A stretch of DNA of 63,385 nucleotides, filler included, from Klebsormidium nitens (taxonomy: Eukaryota > Plantae > Klebsormidiophyceae), in NCBI GenBank assembly GCA_000708835.1. It is 7 parts of 6 records of this genome, joined end to end, with 100 filler letters (N's around TTAATTAATTAA, not from the genome) between each part and the next. Parts side by side here need not be neighbours in the genome. Positions count along the whole stretch, not along the records: positions 11,006 to 18,007 come from DF238012.1; positions 18,108 to 24,348 come from DF238370.1; positions 24,449 to 38,715 come from DF237243.1; 4 more parts are not named here. One strand, 5' to 3'. Positions 12,325 to 24,556 of this stretch are shown piece by piece. The stretch's first letter is position 1. Each line of letters starts with the position of its first letter. The notes under the pieces are model-generated. The model made no database searches. It worked only from the letters and a program-made list of their open reading frames with translations, and was not told the origin of the DNA. Position numbers and translations under genes: made by a program.

Positions 12325-15300
12325 ATGGTGAGGATCCGCCCTCAGGGTCGAACAAAGTCAGATCACAGGGCATGTCAGGCGGAAAGATTCGCAAGAGCAG
12401 CTGAGTATCGTGCAAGAATACACATAAGCATCGAAAAGCAGGAAGCACTCTTTGCTTCCGTCAATCAGCCAATCATTGGACAGACTCCTTGTCGGCGGAA
12501 GCGCAAGAACGGCAAACCCGGTAGTAAGAGGCCTTGCTCAAGGGATGGCTGCCCGGTGAGCCAAGAGAAGCGTTCTGTCACTGGGAAATCAGCACAAAAG
12601 GCACCCGGCAGATTATGCAAGAAGTTTCAAGAGGAAGCTACTGGTGAGTTTTTCCCGCCCCGTGCTTTTCAAGTGAAAGTCCTTAAGTTCCGAGAGAAAG
12701 TTACCAGTGCCAACTAGATGCAACTTCAAAAGGGCGGCCTTGTGCATCAACGCAACTGTGCCGGTGCTACCTATGTGTCTAAGCGTTAGAGCCAATGTCT
12801 GTGTTGAGCTTTTGGTCATTTGCTTAGGGCAACCTGAATGTGGCATGCAGTAACTAGGAAGTCAGCATAACAGGCACACGGCAGATCATGCAAGGAGTTT
12901 CAAAAGAAAGCTCTCCACCCTGTGCTTTCAAGTTGGAGGTATCAATATGCTGCAAACACTTTTTAAACGCCAACTGCAAGTCCTTAGGTTCCCAGAGAAA
13001 GTGACCAGTGCCAACTAGATGCGGCTTCAAAGGGAGGCCTTTGCATCAACCGAACTGTGCCGGTGCTACCTATGTGTCCGAGCGTTAGACTTGAATGTGG
13101 CACGTAGTAACTGACAGCAAATCTCTTCTGCTTCAGATGTACATAGTCTCTTCTGTCGGGAGTGCGCCAAGCCAGCCACCCATGGACGACGCGGCGGCAA
13201 GGGCCGTGGGGACGTGCAGTACTCTTGTGATGCACATGACCGTCGGCCTGGCTGCTTCAAGATCGACATGGACAGGGAAAGTAAGAATCTTTCCTTTCAC
13301 CAGCTGGTCCTCCTCGATTATCCCCCTCAATTTGCCACCTAAAAGTCTGTTGCAACACCTTAAAAAGTCTGTTGCAATGTTCATGCAAGGAATGAATGGG
13401 AAGCTGCAGCTGGACCATTGCGTGAGAATTGGTGCACTGCTTCAACTTTGCCAGGCACCAGGTGAAGTTCCTCCTAATGCTTCCCCCTTCGTTTCATTGC
13501 GCAGCTTGGTTGCAGAATCGCATTGGCCCGCGGCAACTCAAAGCTAAGCTTGCAGCCCTGGAGGAAGAGTTGGCGCAGATGGGAGCGGATCCGGGTCCAG
13601 CGCACGAAGAAGTGGACGACGGTGAGTATGGATCTCACAGGCGCTCAGCAATTTCTTTGACAGAGGCTTGATGGGCGGTCCTGTGCGCTTTCCCGCTCCC
13701 CCCTCTCTCTCTCAAGAAATGCGGCTCCTTTCTTGCGTCATTCTTACGCTCCGACGGTGTTTGTGCAGCTCCTGGTGAACCTGGAGCTGGTGCGCCCTTC
13801 ATCGACATCATGAGCCGACTGCTGATTGGTGAGTAACTCAACCAGTCGGGCAAAAGCGTTTGCGCAAAATACAGTGTCTACTCCTGCTCGTTGATCGAGT
13901 CTGTGTGTCCACGTTTGCCTTCAAAAACCAGGGCGCTCACCCTCACTTTTGACGCGCTGATTGCACTAATTGCACCTTCTCCACCGTTTGCAGTCATCCT
14001 CCTGTTGATCGGGTGTGTGGAGCGACACCCAGGGCAACCCGTCAAACGCTTGCAGATCAAGATCTCGGACGCGGTAAGTCGCAAAAACATAGCGTCGACT
14101 TGCAACTTTACTTCTGCGTCGATCGTGTCAATCGACTTGGAGCCCTCGAGGCAGTTGGTTCATGCATCAATATTTTCCTTCTCTTCTTGTCTTTGCAGGT
14201 GGAGCCAGTTCCGGATGCTGATGCTAGGCAGCTCCTCTACAATTCCGAGATGGAGAAGAGGAGGAAGGCGATGAGGGCTGTTACCGCAGTGCCAGAAGCG
14301 GCACCCCCGGCCGAGGTGGCTGCTGAAGCAGCACCCCCGCAGGTACCTTCAGGTTCCCTATCCCTACTTCTGCCCCATTGCCACTTGCGCCTCTTGAGAC
14401 CGCAAAAAGTGGCTGGTTTTCCCCTCTATCAGTCCTCTGTATATGGAGGTGCCCCCTCCTTGCTGCCTAAGCATATCAATGCACTTGCCTTCCACAGTCT
14501 CAAAAAAACATCCTGCTGCGCAGTCCATGCGTGCTGTACAGTCTCTCGACTTGCCGAACTGTCGCAACCCAATTGGATTATTGAAGCAGCTCTTGTCTCT
14601 GCAGGATGAAGAGATGTTGCAGGCGCTTGATGCTGTTCAGGAACCCGTACCAGAAGGTCTGGAACGGGAGAGCAAGGCGAGGAACGAGCTGCAGAACAAG
14701 ACGGTGAGATCTCATTCAAGACTCACTCTCTTCTTTCCCAGAAAAAGGCTCGACTGGTCGTTGTTTTCAAAACGGATCAAGGTAGAATTTACAGCCCGGT
14801 TGCTTTCCATGGATTTTGACACAGCAGTTTTTACTGATCCTGCCAAGCTCATCCAGCTTGTTGTGCAGCTGCCTCTCTTCTATTAGAATTCCTCGCTCCG
14901 CTGCTCATGACATCTTAGTCACTTCATACATTTCGGTTCTTCCAGACCGCCCTGATAGAGATTGCCCGGGACGACGTTCGATGACGTAGGAGCCACGCCC
15001 CGCGCCGTGCAATTGCTGATATGCAGGATGCGGTGCAAGTTTGCGATGCGGAAGGGGAACTCGGACCCCCCTTATGTATATTGCTAGGCAGTGACTTTGA
15101 TCCTCAGTGCGGTGCTTTTGTCGCGCGAAGGTACTCCTATTTATTGACGGTTGGGGGTAGAAACCTTAGGGAGTCCGCCCCCTTCCTCCAATCGATTCGG
15201 AATGTGATCGTTTTCTGGGGTGAAAGAAGATACTTTAGGCTCCTTTTGATGGACTACTGTACCGACCGCGAACCTTGCAATTCAAAAAATATGCAACCTT

Positions 15301-16030
15301 GGATGTGTCTCCTTGAAGCTGCGTCAAGCCTATAGCTCTCGACGCAATACTGCATGTACCTGGATTGGCCTGAACATTAGGCATGTGTTTGCTTTGCCTC
15401 AAGTGGGATTGGCCAGCAGCGATGCCGCACCGTTCAAAAAAAAGAAAATGAACTCAAACCTATGCACTCGGCACGTTTTCTGCTCAGGATTTCAATGGCC
15501 ATAGTAATCAACAAAAGAAATCAGAAGTAAGAACATGTGCATTCCACAGGCAAGCCAAGAGGGCAACAATCCGTTGGAGAAAACAACGGACTGCTCTTCG
15601 AATGATGATGCCCCCATTGCTAGTTTGCGACGCCCCGTAAAGAAGAAGCGGGTGAGAAAGTCTCGTAGTCCGGCTCTGGAAGGAGCTACCCCTGGTGCGC
15701 AAACCCGGGTATCAGTAGAGTCTCCCAGCGGGGGCGAACCCCCGACGACCGACCATGGACAAAAGGCAAGTCCTCAACAGATTCAAAGCATGCTCGATGT
15801 CTTTCTCCCTCGCTTCCCGCCCTTGCTAGCTGCCTCGTGGTCACCCTGAGATGTACGCCGTCGATGGCAGAAACCGATAGGATGCGACCATGCCCTTTGA
15901 TGGAATCCGTACAGAAACATTCATCTCTCATGCAGGAAGAGGAAATGCTGCAGCCGCCCGAGCAATCGTCTGTGGATGAGGAGCCGGCGGAGAACTCGAG
16001 CAGACAATCAGAGAAAACTCGGGTGAGTGA
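12325..16030 (+). CDS. Header-family paralog 1 (spliced): basic header + CxxC/CxxH finger + coiled coil + decayed 2A-like motif + low-complexity exons
   Basis: Phase-consistent GT-AG exons 12325-12643, 13137-13280 (144 nt, same length as in both paralogs), 13505-13621, 13769-13828, 13994-14073, 14199-14342, 14606-14703; later exons are uncertain. MVRIRPQGRTKSDHRACQ aligns with MARGRPHGRSKSDHRVCQ. Confidence 0.7.
12677..13090 (+). repeat. ~115-bp direct repeat pair in intron 1 of paralog 1 (12677-12792, 12978-13090)
   Basis: ccagtgccaactagatgc...actgtgccggtgctacctatgtgtc..agcgttaga occurs twice. Confidence 0.85.
14011..14037 (+). other. Decayed 2A-like motif GCVERHPGQ
   Basis: Same exon position as GGVE(S/R)NPGP in the two paralogs; in frame after splicing. 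Confidence 0.7.
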
Positions 16031-16373
16031 AAGGAAAACTCGAGGACTTTTGTTGACTTGCGTTGGAGAACACCGCATGTGCTGCTGACTGTGCTGCTGA
16101 TTGGTGAGATTCTGCTTCGAATGTGGTTCAAGTTTCACCGCCCCTCTGCAATCTACAGATCTTGAATGGTGCTCGGTGATGCTTCGGTGTGTTGTGGCAC
16201 ACGCTTGTGAGGGGAGATCCTTAACCGGTGGGGATGTACACCTTTTGGCCTCTGATTTTGACGTAGCGGCCGCCCCGTGGACCTGTGTAAGCGCGCCTTA
16301 GCTTGTTTCGGAAGAAGATCTGAGGTGACTGAGTTTGGGAACTAGGTCCCGCGTCCCCATCTGAGAAGCATAC

Positions 16374-16982
16374 CTAAAAGCATTCCTGCATGATTTGCTG
16401 TGCTTCTTCTGCAGAGGATTCACTGAGAAGCACGATTGCTCTAGCAGCAGCTACGAAGCATACGAACATCGTGCTGACCTCGTCTAAATGCTTAAAGAGG
16501 TCCTCATTAGCGAGCCTCTCCATGAGTTTCCCGTTCGCTTCCATGAAGCTTACAATGAGTCCGATGCCCTCAGTTAGTTGGCCAGGGTTGCCATGCATTC
16601 GGATCTTGTCGATTGTATCAGAAGCATCTTCGATTTTCGCTTTGAAATCGATCCGCCGCATGCGGGTGGCGTTTTGGACGTCGAGCTGTTGTAAGTTGCG
16701 AAACAACGGGTCCGTGAAGCTTTGGATCCAACGGCTCTTTGTACTCTCGAGCTCAAATTTCGTGTGATGGCCGTATGGCCCGTCTCTGTACCCCCAATTC
16801 TTGTACAGCTGAAAATAAGGCTTCAACGCATCAACTTCCCTAAGGTACAAGTCATCATCTGTTGGTCGTGGAAGCGTCATGAACCGACTTGTGAGATTAA
16901 CGATGGAACTCTTCAATGCTTCTCTCATGTTTTTCTGGACTTGCAAGAGCAGGCATACGACTGATGCCACCACTTCCTGCAA
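16374..16982 (-). CDS. Intronless hypothetical protein
   Basis: 202-aa ORF with globular-looking composition; no motif recognised. Confidence 0.5.
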   Translation of the reverse strand: MQEVVASVVCLLLQVQKNMREALKSSIVNLTSRFMTLPRPTDDDLYLREVDALKPYFQLYKNWGYRDGPYGHHTKFELESTKSRWIQSFTDPLFRNLQQLDVQNATRMRRIDFKAKIEDASDTIDKIRMHGNPGQLTEGIGLIVSFMEANGKLMERLANEDLFKHLDEVSTMFVCFVAAARAIVLLSESSAEEAQQIMQECF

Positions 16983-16992
16983 TTGCGTGCAG

Positions 16993-17481
16993 GAAGACGG
17001 ACCCGAGTCGGAGCAGGGCTCAGAGGAGGTCCCAGAGTCGCAGGGCGAGGATATCGAAGGGGTCGAGTACGACCGGGAGGAGGAGACGGAGGATCAGGAA
17101 ACCTCCCAGGACAGGGCCATGATGGACGAATCGACTCAAGACCCGGTCGATCCTCTCATAGCGTACGCCCGGATGGACGCAGAGAGAGAGGAAGCGGAGT
17201 CGGAGGAAGAGCCAGAGAACCGGGTCGTTAAAAGACGACTGCCAGCAGATGGGAAGAGTCAGCCAGAGCGACCGAGGCGCAAGTCCTACCAGCTTGAGCC
17301 CTCTCAAGAAAGCGACCCAGAGAACCCTCTAGAAACAGGAGCGCACGCGGGCTCGCACGGGAAAGAAGAGGGGGGCACGGAGGGGGCCCGCAGAGAGGAC
17401 CCCGTAGATCTGTCCCAGCCCGAGCCAGACAGCCCTCCTCTCACGGAGGATCAAGAGGATGATGATGTCATGTTGGAGTAA
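16993..17481 (+). CDS. Very acidic exon (EDGPESEQ...EDDDVMLE*)
   Basis: Acceptor gtgcag| at 16992, E/D-rich open frame to TAA; possibly a 3' exon of paralog 1. Confidence 0.5.
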   Translation, partial: EDGPESEQGSEEVPESQGEDIEGVEYDREEETEDQETSQDRAMMDESTQDPVDPLIAYARMDAEREEAESEEEPENRVVKRRLPADGKSQPERPRRKSYQLEPSQESDPENPLETGAHAGSHGKEEGGTEGARREDPVDLSQPEPDSPPLTEDQEDDDVMLE

Positions 17482-17511
17482 TTCGGTGACATCTGCTGCA
17501 TTCAGTTCAAG

Positions 17512-17820
17512 AAGGTGAGGGGGCAAGGGGGCAAGCTCGAATCTCCCTCGATCGTCGATGGCCGTTTTTGCCCCTATTTGGAGCTCAAGTCCCTAAGGTG
17601 GTAAGGGGGCAAGGGGGCAAGCTTTTCAGGAAGTCCCAGAGATTTTTCTTGTGACCATCTCCGCCATCAACTACAACATCGCTTCGTCATTTCGGCTCAA
17701 GTCCCTAAGGCGGTAAGGGAGCAAGCTAGATTTCTCCTCCATTGACCATCCCCCCCTTTGCTGCTATTTCGTGCTCAAAAGTCCCTAAGTAGGTAAGGGG
17801 GGCAAGGGGGGGCAAGCTTT
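17512..17820 (+). repeat. Iteron-like array, 4 copies of (GTCCCTAAGnnG)GTAAGGGGGCAAGGGGGCAAGCT
   Basis: Copies near 17515, 17594, 17701 and 17780; same family at 54878-54985 (+) and 56760-57300 (-). Confidence 0.85.
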
Positions 17821-17882
17821 TCTCGAGGTTCCCCCATACTTTCTTGTTCCGCCACAAAAACACATTTTCCTTTCGTTGCTAG

Positions 17883-17963
17883 GTGGACAAGAAGAAGCCA
17901 TCCAGGGACGAAAAAGCGGGAGAGGAGCCCAAGACCGGTGGCGAAAGCAACGCTCCCTTGTCG
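17883..17963 (+). CDS. 81-nt exon VDKKKPSRDEKAGEEPKTGGESNAPLS, paralog of the first visible exon of the primase-helicase gene
   Basis: ttgctag| ... |gtaag; same length, phase and similar sequence as 55059-55139; the contig ends 44 nt later. Confidence 0.7.
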
Positions 17964-20900
17964 GTAAGGACATCCGCCATGAACTACCAAAAAACTTCAT
18001 TTCAGGANNNNNNNNNNNNNNNNNNNNNNNNNNNNNNNNNNNNNNNNNNNNTTAATTAATTAANNNNNNNNNNNNNNNNNNNNNNNNNNNNNNNNNNNNN
18101 NNNNNNNTGCGCGCGCCACCGGCATCGGAGCTGTCGCCGGGCTGCAAGATTTGCGGGTCCGCCGCATCCGTTGATGCCAATCGCGGGAAGGATCGGGTTG
18201 GGATTCCTCCTCTCTGTTCTGCTTAACTTAACTGCGTTTCTGACCACTCTGTCTGTAGTCTCTCTGAAGCCTTTATCGGCCTGTTCTTATGTATCTGTTT
18301 GCTCGAGATTCTGACTCTATAATACGGACATGACGTTACTCTAGTGGGCTCTGTCCAACGAGCCGAGCAATGATCTGATCCGTATTTCTGTTTCTGCTTA
18401 CGGACTTGATGTCGTCATACTGGGCCGAGCCCAGTCCTGACTGATGACTCGCTCTGATCCGTCCGTTCTGCCTATACCTTCCGATTTTTTCGGCGGTTAA
18501 CTGGTTGTGATGACTGCAAACTTTGTCCCCTGGACAGAAATAGTTTGCTCTTAGCTCTGATACTATTTTCATTTACGATTTCTGTTCTGGTCGTGATGAA
18601 TCGGGGTTCGCTCTCTCTTTCGAGATACGCGCATAAGCCCGATCTGACACCTCTGATACGTTCCCCGGAATTGGGCCGCGGAATAACGTCACGCTGACGT
18701 CACTTACTGATCCTTCTGATTCATTTATTTCTCTTTTTCTGTCTTAGTTCCATTTTATCGTTCTGCGAACTCCCCCGGAGGGGAGGATAGTGTGACGATT
18801 CGTGTGTATTGACCGCATACCGAACTCGCCATAGTATTTTACTCTGCGCCTATTGGTGATTCTGATCTGGTCGTATACGCATTCCGGTTCCGTTGCGTTC
18901 CGTTCTGGTCTGTCGCTACATGCCCGAAAGCGTATCACGTGCTACTGTGACAATCTGACACTATACCGGTTTATTGCTGTGTCATGATTTGACAGCCGAG
19001 ATGCCGCATATCGTTCAGCATGTACGAGTCTGTGCGTACACTGTATAATGCATAGCGTGAATGTTGTGACATTGCGTGCATGGAGTCCGAAGCCGAAGGT
19101 CCGCCCTGAAGCTGACCTATTGGAACTACTGGTCTGACTCTACACTTCTCTTAGTAACTGGACATGAGGTAATTCCTCGCTTGCGAGCAAGGTTCCAAGT
19201 CCACGAACAGGAAGGAGGAGGACACTTCTGTAGTTACAATTTCTGGAAGAAGGGCGCTCCTCGGTTTTCATGGCTACCGCATAGGCAACCGTAATCTTCC
19301 GCTGCATCCTCTGATCGCATTACCCTCCTTATAGCTCATAGCTTTGGATGAGCCGCCACACAGGTGGCCTCAGATTGGTTGTAGTAGTAAGAACTTTCTT
19401 CTAGCCTCCGACGTGCATTTGAGATACAAAAATCTCTTTACTTGTCATGATTAGACTGTGATTGCCTTATGCATGATCTTGGGGTCTTCTCATTTTCTGA
19501 CTCATGCGATTTCATCACACTACGCTTTCAATTCGGCTTGCTTTAGAGTGATTCAATAGATGAATGCAACCTGGTTCTCTACTCGCTGGCTGATTCGGAC
19601 CGTCCGATCTTGAAGAGACGCTCCTTTAAATATTGCAACCAAAGATTTCCGGAGAAAGGACCGCAAGCCTATTCTAACTTCGACGAGACCCAGTCTCAAC
19701 GCCGTGGGTCTTTGTAATTAAGTCAAGGCAAGCGTGAGAAAGCTCTTTAGGTGTTTGGAAAGCCGCCTCTGGAAAGAAAAGCAGTCGCCCGTCTTTGCGA
19801 CGACTGTTCCGTGCTATCCTTTCCGCTGGTTCCGTTACTCTCTACTTCCACTTCCATTGGAGTCGAGTCCTTTCATTGCGCTGGAATCAAATTAACTCTA
19901 ACCTTCTCTTGGGCTTCTAGGCTGCCGCATCTTAGCGGACGCAAAGAGCATTGCGCCGCCATATGACGTCAGCCTACAGCTCTCTGCCACAGTTTTACGT
20001 TCTTTCCGATCGCCGCTCTTGGTGTAAAAACTTCCCCTTCAATCTCTTCCAGCACCGGCGCCCCTTCACATCGATGGCGTGCGCCGACTGCAGATCCTCA
20101 TAATCCGGTCCGGTAGATGCTCCTGATTGTACGAAACCGCTCGGTGCGGTCCCGCGGTTGGCGGATTCCGAGCCTGAGCGTCTTTACTCCTTCTCTTTTT
20201 GCGTACACTTCCGGCTGCTTTGGTGCCGCCAGTTTTCCCCCGGGCTGTGCCAAGCCGCCCGCCTGTATAATCCGACCGCATGCGTTTCCCAATGAATATT
20301 CAAAGAGGCGGACAGAAGCACTGGGGCGTCGCTTGTTCCTCTGGGCGCCAGAATCATCACATCGGGGGGCTTTTTACCGGTTGCAAAAATCTGAGCGCAG
20401 TAGAAAACGAAGCGTTGTCGAAGCTGCTTGAGAGGGGTTTACCAACCGCTGTTTCGGGCCGGGAGATGCTTGTTGCGCCTGGCAATTCATCCTCACCTAC
20501 TTTCTAATCTTTGCGCAGGTCGCTGGCGAGAAAGGCGCCAAAGCCCCCTATGTGCTGCTCGAATCTGCTGCTGCCGTCGGGCGGAACTCTTCCAATCCCT
20601 TCGAGACCGCTTCTTATGCTGTAAAACTTTGATGCAAGCACTCGTGCCAACGGTGGACCCGCTCGTCATCCCACCAACGACATCCCACCCGAGCTGCAGG
20701 AGCGGCTCTAGTCCTGACCGTCCGCTGAAGTACTCTCACGAGGAAGGGACTCCGGAGAAATTCAGAGCGTACATCATGCGGATGCATGGCGGAGTGGTTG
20801 GCGGAGGGTGGGGAGCGGAGTGCAAGGCGAACCGGTGAGGTACCATGTCCTCGACTATAAGCGCAAACATGAGGCTAGACTGTTTGCCGCAAGATTCTGC

Positions 20901-21574
20901 ACCTTTCGTCCCGCCAGAAAGTTGGGGCAAAACAAGAAAAGCCTGTTCTAGGCGAAAAGAAGGCCTCCTCGTCAGACGGACCTGACGCAGATCGTCCGCT
21001 TTATGTTCTTATGTCTTTTTGACCGTCAGTCAGCCGTTTCGAGCCTGCGGTGAGCAGCCTTGCAAGTCAATCAAAGCATTTGCTTGTCACGCAGCTTACG
21101 AATTTCAGTTGAACGACGTGAAACAGAACGCGGCCCGGGCGGTTTTTCCACTGCAGCGCAAATGGGGACGAGCATGTACTGGGCTGAAAGATGGATCGCT
21201 AAGCAAACACTCTTCTTCTGAGGTGTCCGAACCCCATGTTTGAAAACAGCCAGGTCACCATTGGCGTCACTCAGCACCGAGACCCTCGCCTTCCTCAATC
21301 CGGAAGAACGTCTCCTTCTTGGGCTGAAGGACCCCCTGGTTATCACTCAACACTTTTACTTTCATCCAACGCGCGCGTGCATCCATCGAGACGTTCGCTC
21401 GGCGTATGCACCCAAGGAGGAGGGCGGCAGACTGCAGAATAACCACGGGCGGGGCATCTCGAAGAGTTTTTTAGAACGAACCTCCTTTCCATCCGTGGTC
21501 GAACTGAGAGACGAGGAACTAGAGCAGCTTCGAGAAGGCGGACTCTCGTGGATTGGAGAGATTCTCGGCCGTGT

Positions 21575-22800
21575 TTAGTGCTCTGTTGACTTCCGGCAAC
21601 GACATTTGACGATCACTCGAAGCATGAACGATAACAGGATCTGCGGGGCTTTGAGAAATCTAGCCTTACTGGCTTTGCTTCTGTTGGCAAACCCTGAAAA
21701 GATGAGTTCATTGGAACGAAGGAACTTCTTCTTTGTTGATTCGTAACTCAGAGTCAAATCTGCATAATGACGGGCTCCGGCAATGCATTTGCAGCATTTA
21801 TGATTGTCGTCCATCATGACCACTGCGGCCGCATTATAAATTGATCGAGATGCATGACGGTTCCTTTAAACCGTTCATTGTTGAGTTGTATGCCGTTAAC
21901 AATACCTATATAATGAGCGCCGTATATACGAATGATCTCATGGTGCATCGCGTGGTATTTTAAATTACCACGCAGCTTTGAAACCGCATAGCATAACCGT
22001 GAGGCTATTTCAAAGGTTGACGTGATACACGCAATTATGTGTTTGCAGAGCAGTTGTGTGTCTCCAACGGACCGAATCGAGAATTGATGCGTGCACCCAA
22101 GGCCGTGATGCATCCTTCGGAAGTACATGAGATCCGCTCTTGGTTATAGGTTTCATTGACTGGTGGTGTAATCTTTTGTGGCCATCCTGTATCTGAGATT
22201 GCAGACGGCTCCCGCACATTGAGTCAAGCAACAACTAAAGATGGCAGTCCTCAGGTTGCCTTTAGGAACTTGAGTGCGATATAGTACCAGCAACATCAAA
22301 TCATAGAACTTGACCATAGCTAGGTACCATGCATCCAATGGAATAACGTACGCCTTAGACGGGTCACCTACACCTAATTGTCGAGTTTTGTGAAAGCAGA
22401 GAATCGGCTTGTAGTACCCATCGTACTGCTTGATTTCTGAACGGTCATGATTGACCGACATACGGAGTAAGATCGGTTCTAAAAATCTCGTAATTTCAAG
22501 CCTTGTTAAAAGTTCTGCATCTAGTCAAACATGCACGCAAGTTTAAGACGACATGCGATGTGGTCTCAACATTCATCAAGTAATGAATTGGAACTCGAAT
22601 GACCGTTGCCGCATTCTTATACAACCGTCGGATCAGTGCATACTTCCTTGCATTCTGTTGACGGAGTCCAATCGTCATCATTCTTTTGGGCTTCGTGCAC
22701 GATTGTCCAGTCCTTTTCTGGCGATCCAAAGACATCAACCGCACTAGAGGTTCCTGCCACTGTTCGATCCTGCAAACGGTACATCTGCTGCCTATCAAGG
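21575..22800 (-). pseudogene. Degraded gene with a SWIM-like zinc finger
   Basis: Co-linear ORF fragments separated by stops; CTHQFSIRSVGDTQLLCKHIIACI (about 22024-22098) resembles CxC..CKH. Confidence 0.3.
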
Positions 22801-24556
22801 TGCGCCATCCCCACTTGCTCGTGGACCCTGGAAGCCTGACGCGACGGGCCTACCGGGGGCCGATGCGGGCTCCGAGCTGCTCCCTTGATCGGTTCCGAAA
22901 CTTTTTTCTGTCCTCTAGGGGCTAGACAGGATTGTGGGCGGATGAACCAGATTTGGACGCAAATCCCTAGTCTCCCATGGTTGCGGGGCTGTCTGAAAAC
23001 TAGAGAAGTAGGCGTCCAGGCCGGTCGGGGAGAACGGCGACTTGCCAAGGCGAGGCCGACGATGAGCGTGCTTTGGCATCTCGGTGGCCAGGCCTAAGAA
23101 AGCGAAAAAAGAATGAGTTGGGTAACGAACAAAAGTTTGGAATGAAAACTTTTCGAAAGCGAGACAAAACCCTTTCCATTCGCCTTCTCCTCGTTATTCG
23201 CCCGGACTTCCAGCAATCGGAACCTTCAAAAGTGTATACTCAGCAGGCTGGTTTGAGCAGATGCTTCGCCAATCATCAGGTTCATGAAAGTGGAAGGACG
23301 GTCGCAATCGATTTTCTGCCAAAAAATACTTTTAGCTTGTCTTCGATCTCAATTGAGTGGGCATAGCTCGTGTTTTTGCAAGGCGGTTATCCGGAGCTCT
23401 TGGCACTACGACTGTTACGCATACAGTCGTTGTCGTTCTCGTTCCCCATGAATTAAGCCATCAGAAGTATCAAAGCCTTGGCTAGCCGCTTCATTTAGAT
23501 ACTCGAGTCACCATTTGCCTTTCGCGTTTTGATTACTTGCTCAAGCGGACTGGATCCTCACCCGCTGATGCGGCAGGAAGCTGCCCATCTTGCCATGAGG
23601 AAGTTGGAATCTCCAACCGAAGAAGCCCAAAACTCTGCTTCGTAACCACCCCCGGCCCCTGCTCAAACCCTTCTCTCCCTTGCGGCCGTGCAACCGAGCC
23701 GAACCCCGCTGGGATGTTTTCCGGCCGGCTGTGCAGGTCGGGCCGTCCGCTTCCTCCACCGAGTGACCTCATTGAAAATGCTTCAGCCCCGATCGTTTCC
23801 CACGGCCTCTTTGAGCGAAAAGAATCGCTCCCAGTCCAAAATCGCACTTCGTTGTGAGTTACTCCCCTTGGACTCCGCGCATTGGGACCGATTCGCTCAC
23901 CTCCCTACGCGACACCTCCGAATCCCCCAGGACTGCCCATCACAGAAACCCTGCGCTCACTGTTGGTACTTCTCCAACTGGGACACAAGCTATCGAAAGT
24001 GGGTACCGGCCGAGTCGATTTTGACTCGGTTCGCGACGAAATATCGATACCGCGTATCAAATTTCGTCAGTGTTACTCGCGGTTCACGATACGACGACTC
24101 ACGTTTGTGTTACATGTACGGTACGAGTACTCAGGATTTTCCGCTCGGCCGTGAGTCAGTGTGATAAAATTGTATAATTGTGTTACATTTTGCACTTTGA
24201 ATGAAGCATAATATTAGTGCTCAAAGATGACGCTTATGCAGCATGTAGAAACCTTTGACAAGCATACAAAAATGTTGGGAGAGCGTCGTTAGGGGTCCTT
24301 TGAAGCTCCAAGTGCTTGTTTTCTTGAGGACAAATCTGAAGAATCTGTNNNNNNNNNNNNNNNNNNNNNNNNNNNNNNNNNNNNNNNNNNNNTTAATTAA
24401 TTAANNNNNNNNNNNNNNNNNNNNNNNNNNNNNNNNNNNNNNNNNNNNGTTCCTCGAGTTACGTACGAAGTTTCTCCAGTTTCTCTTCAGAGAAGTAGAA
24501 GGCAAAATCTGGTACAACGCAGTCAGGCGGAATCTATAGGAAGACGCAAACAGCTC

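Noticed and set aside
17590-17630. GTAAGGGGGCAAG...TTTTCAG units as tiny introns
   Set aside because: They would be under 30 nt, the flanks have no open frame, and the same units occur on the antisense strand of the helicase gene.
19050-19750. Possible DIRS-type RNase H remnant on the minus strand
   Set aside because: Only a faint ENQVAFIY resemblance; many stops and no RT motif.
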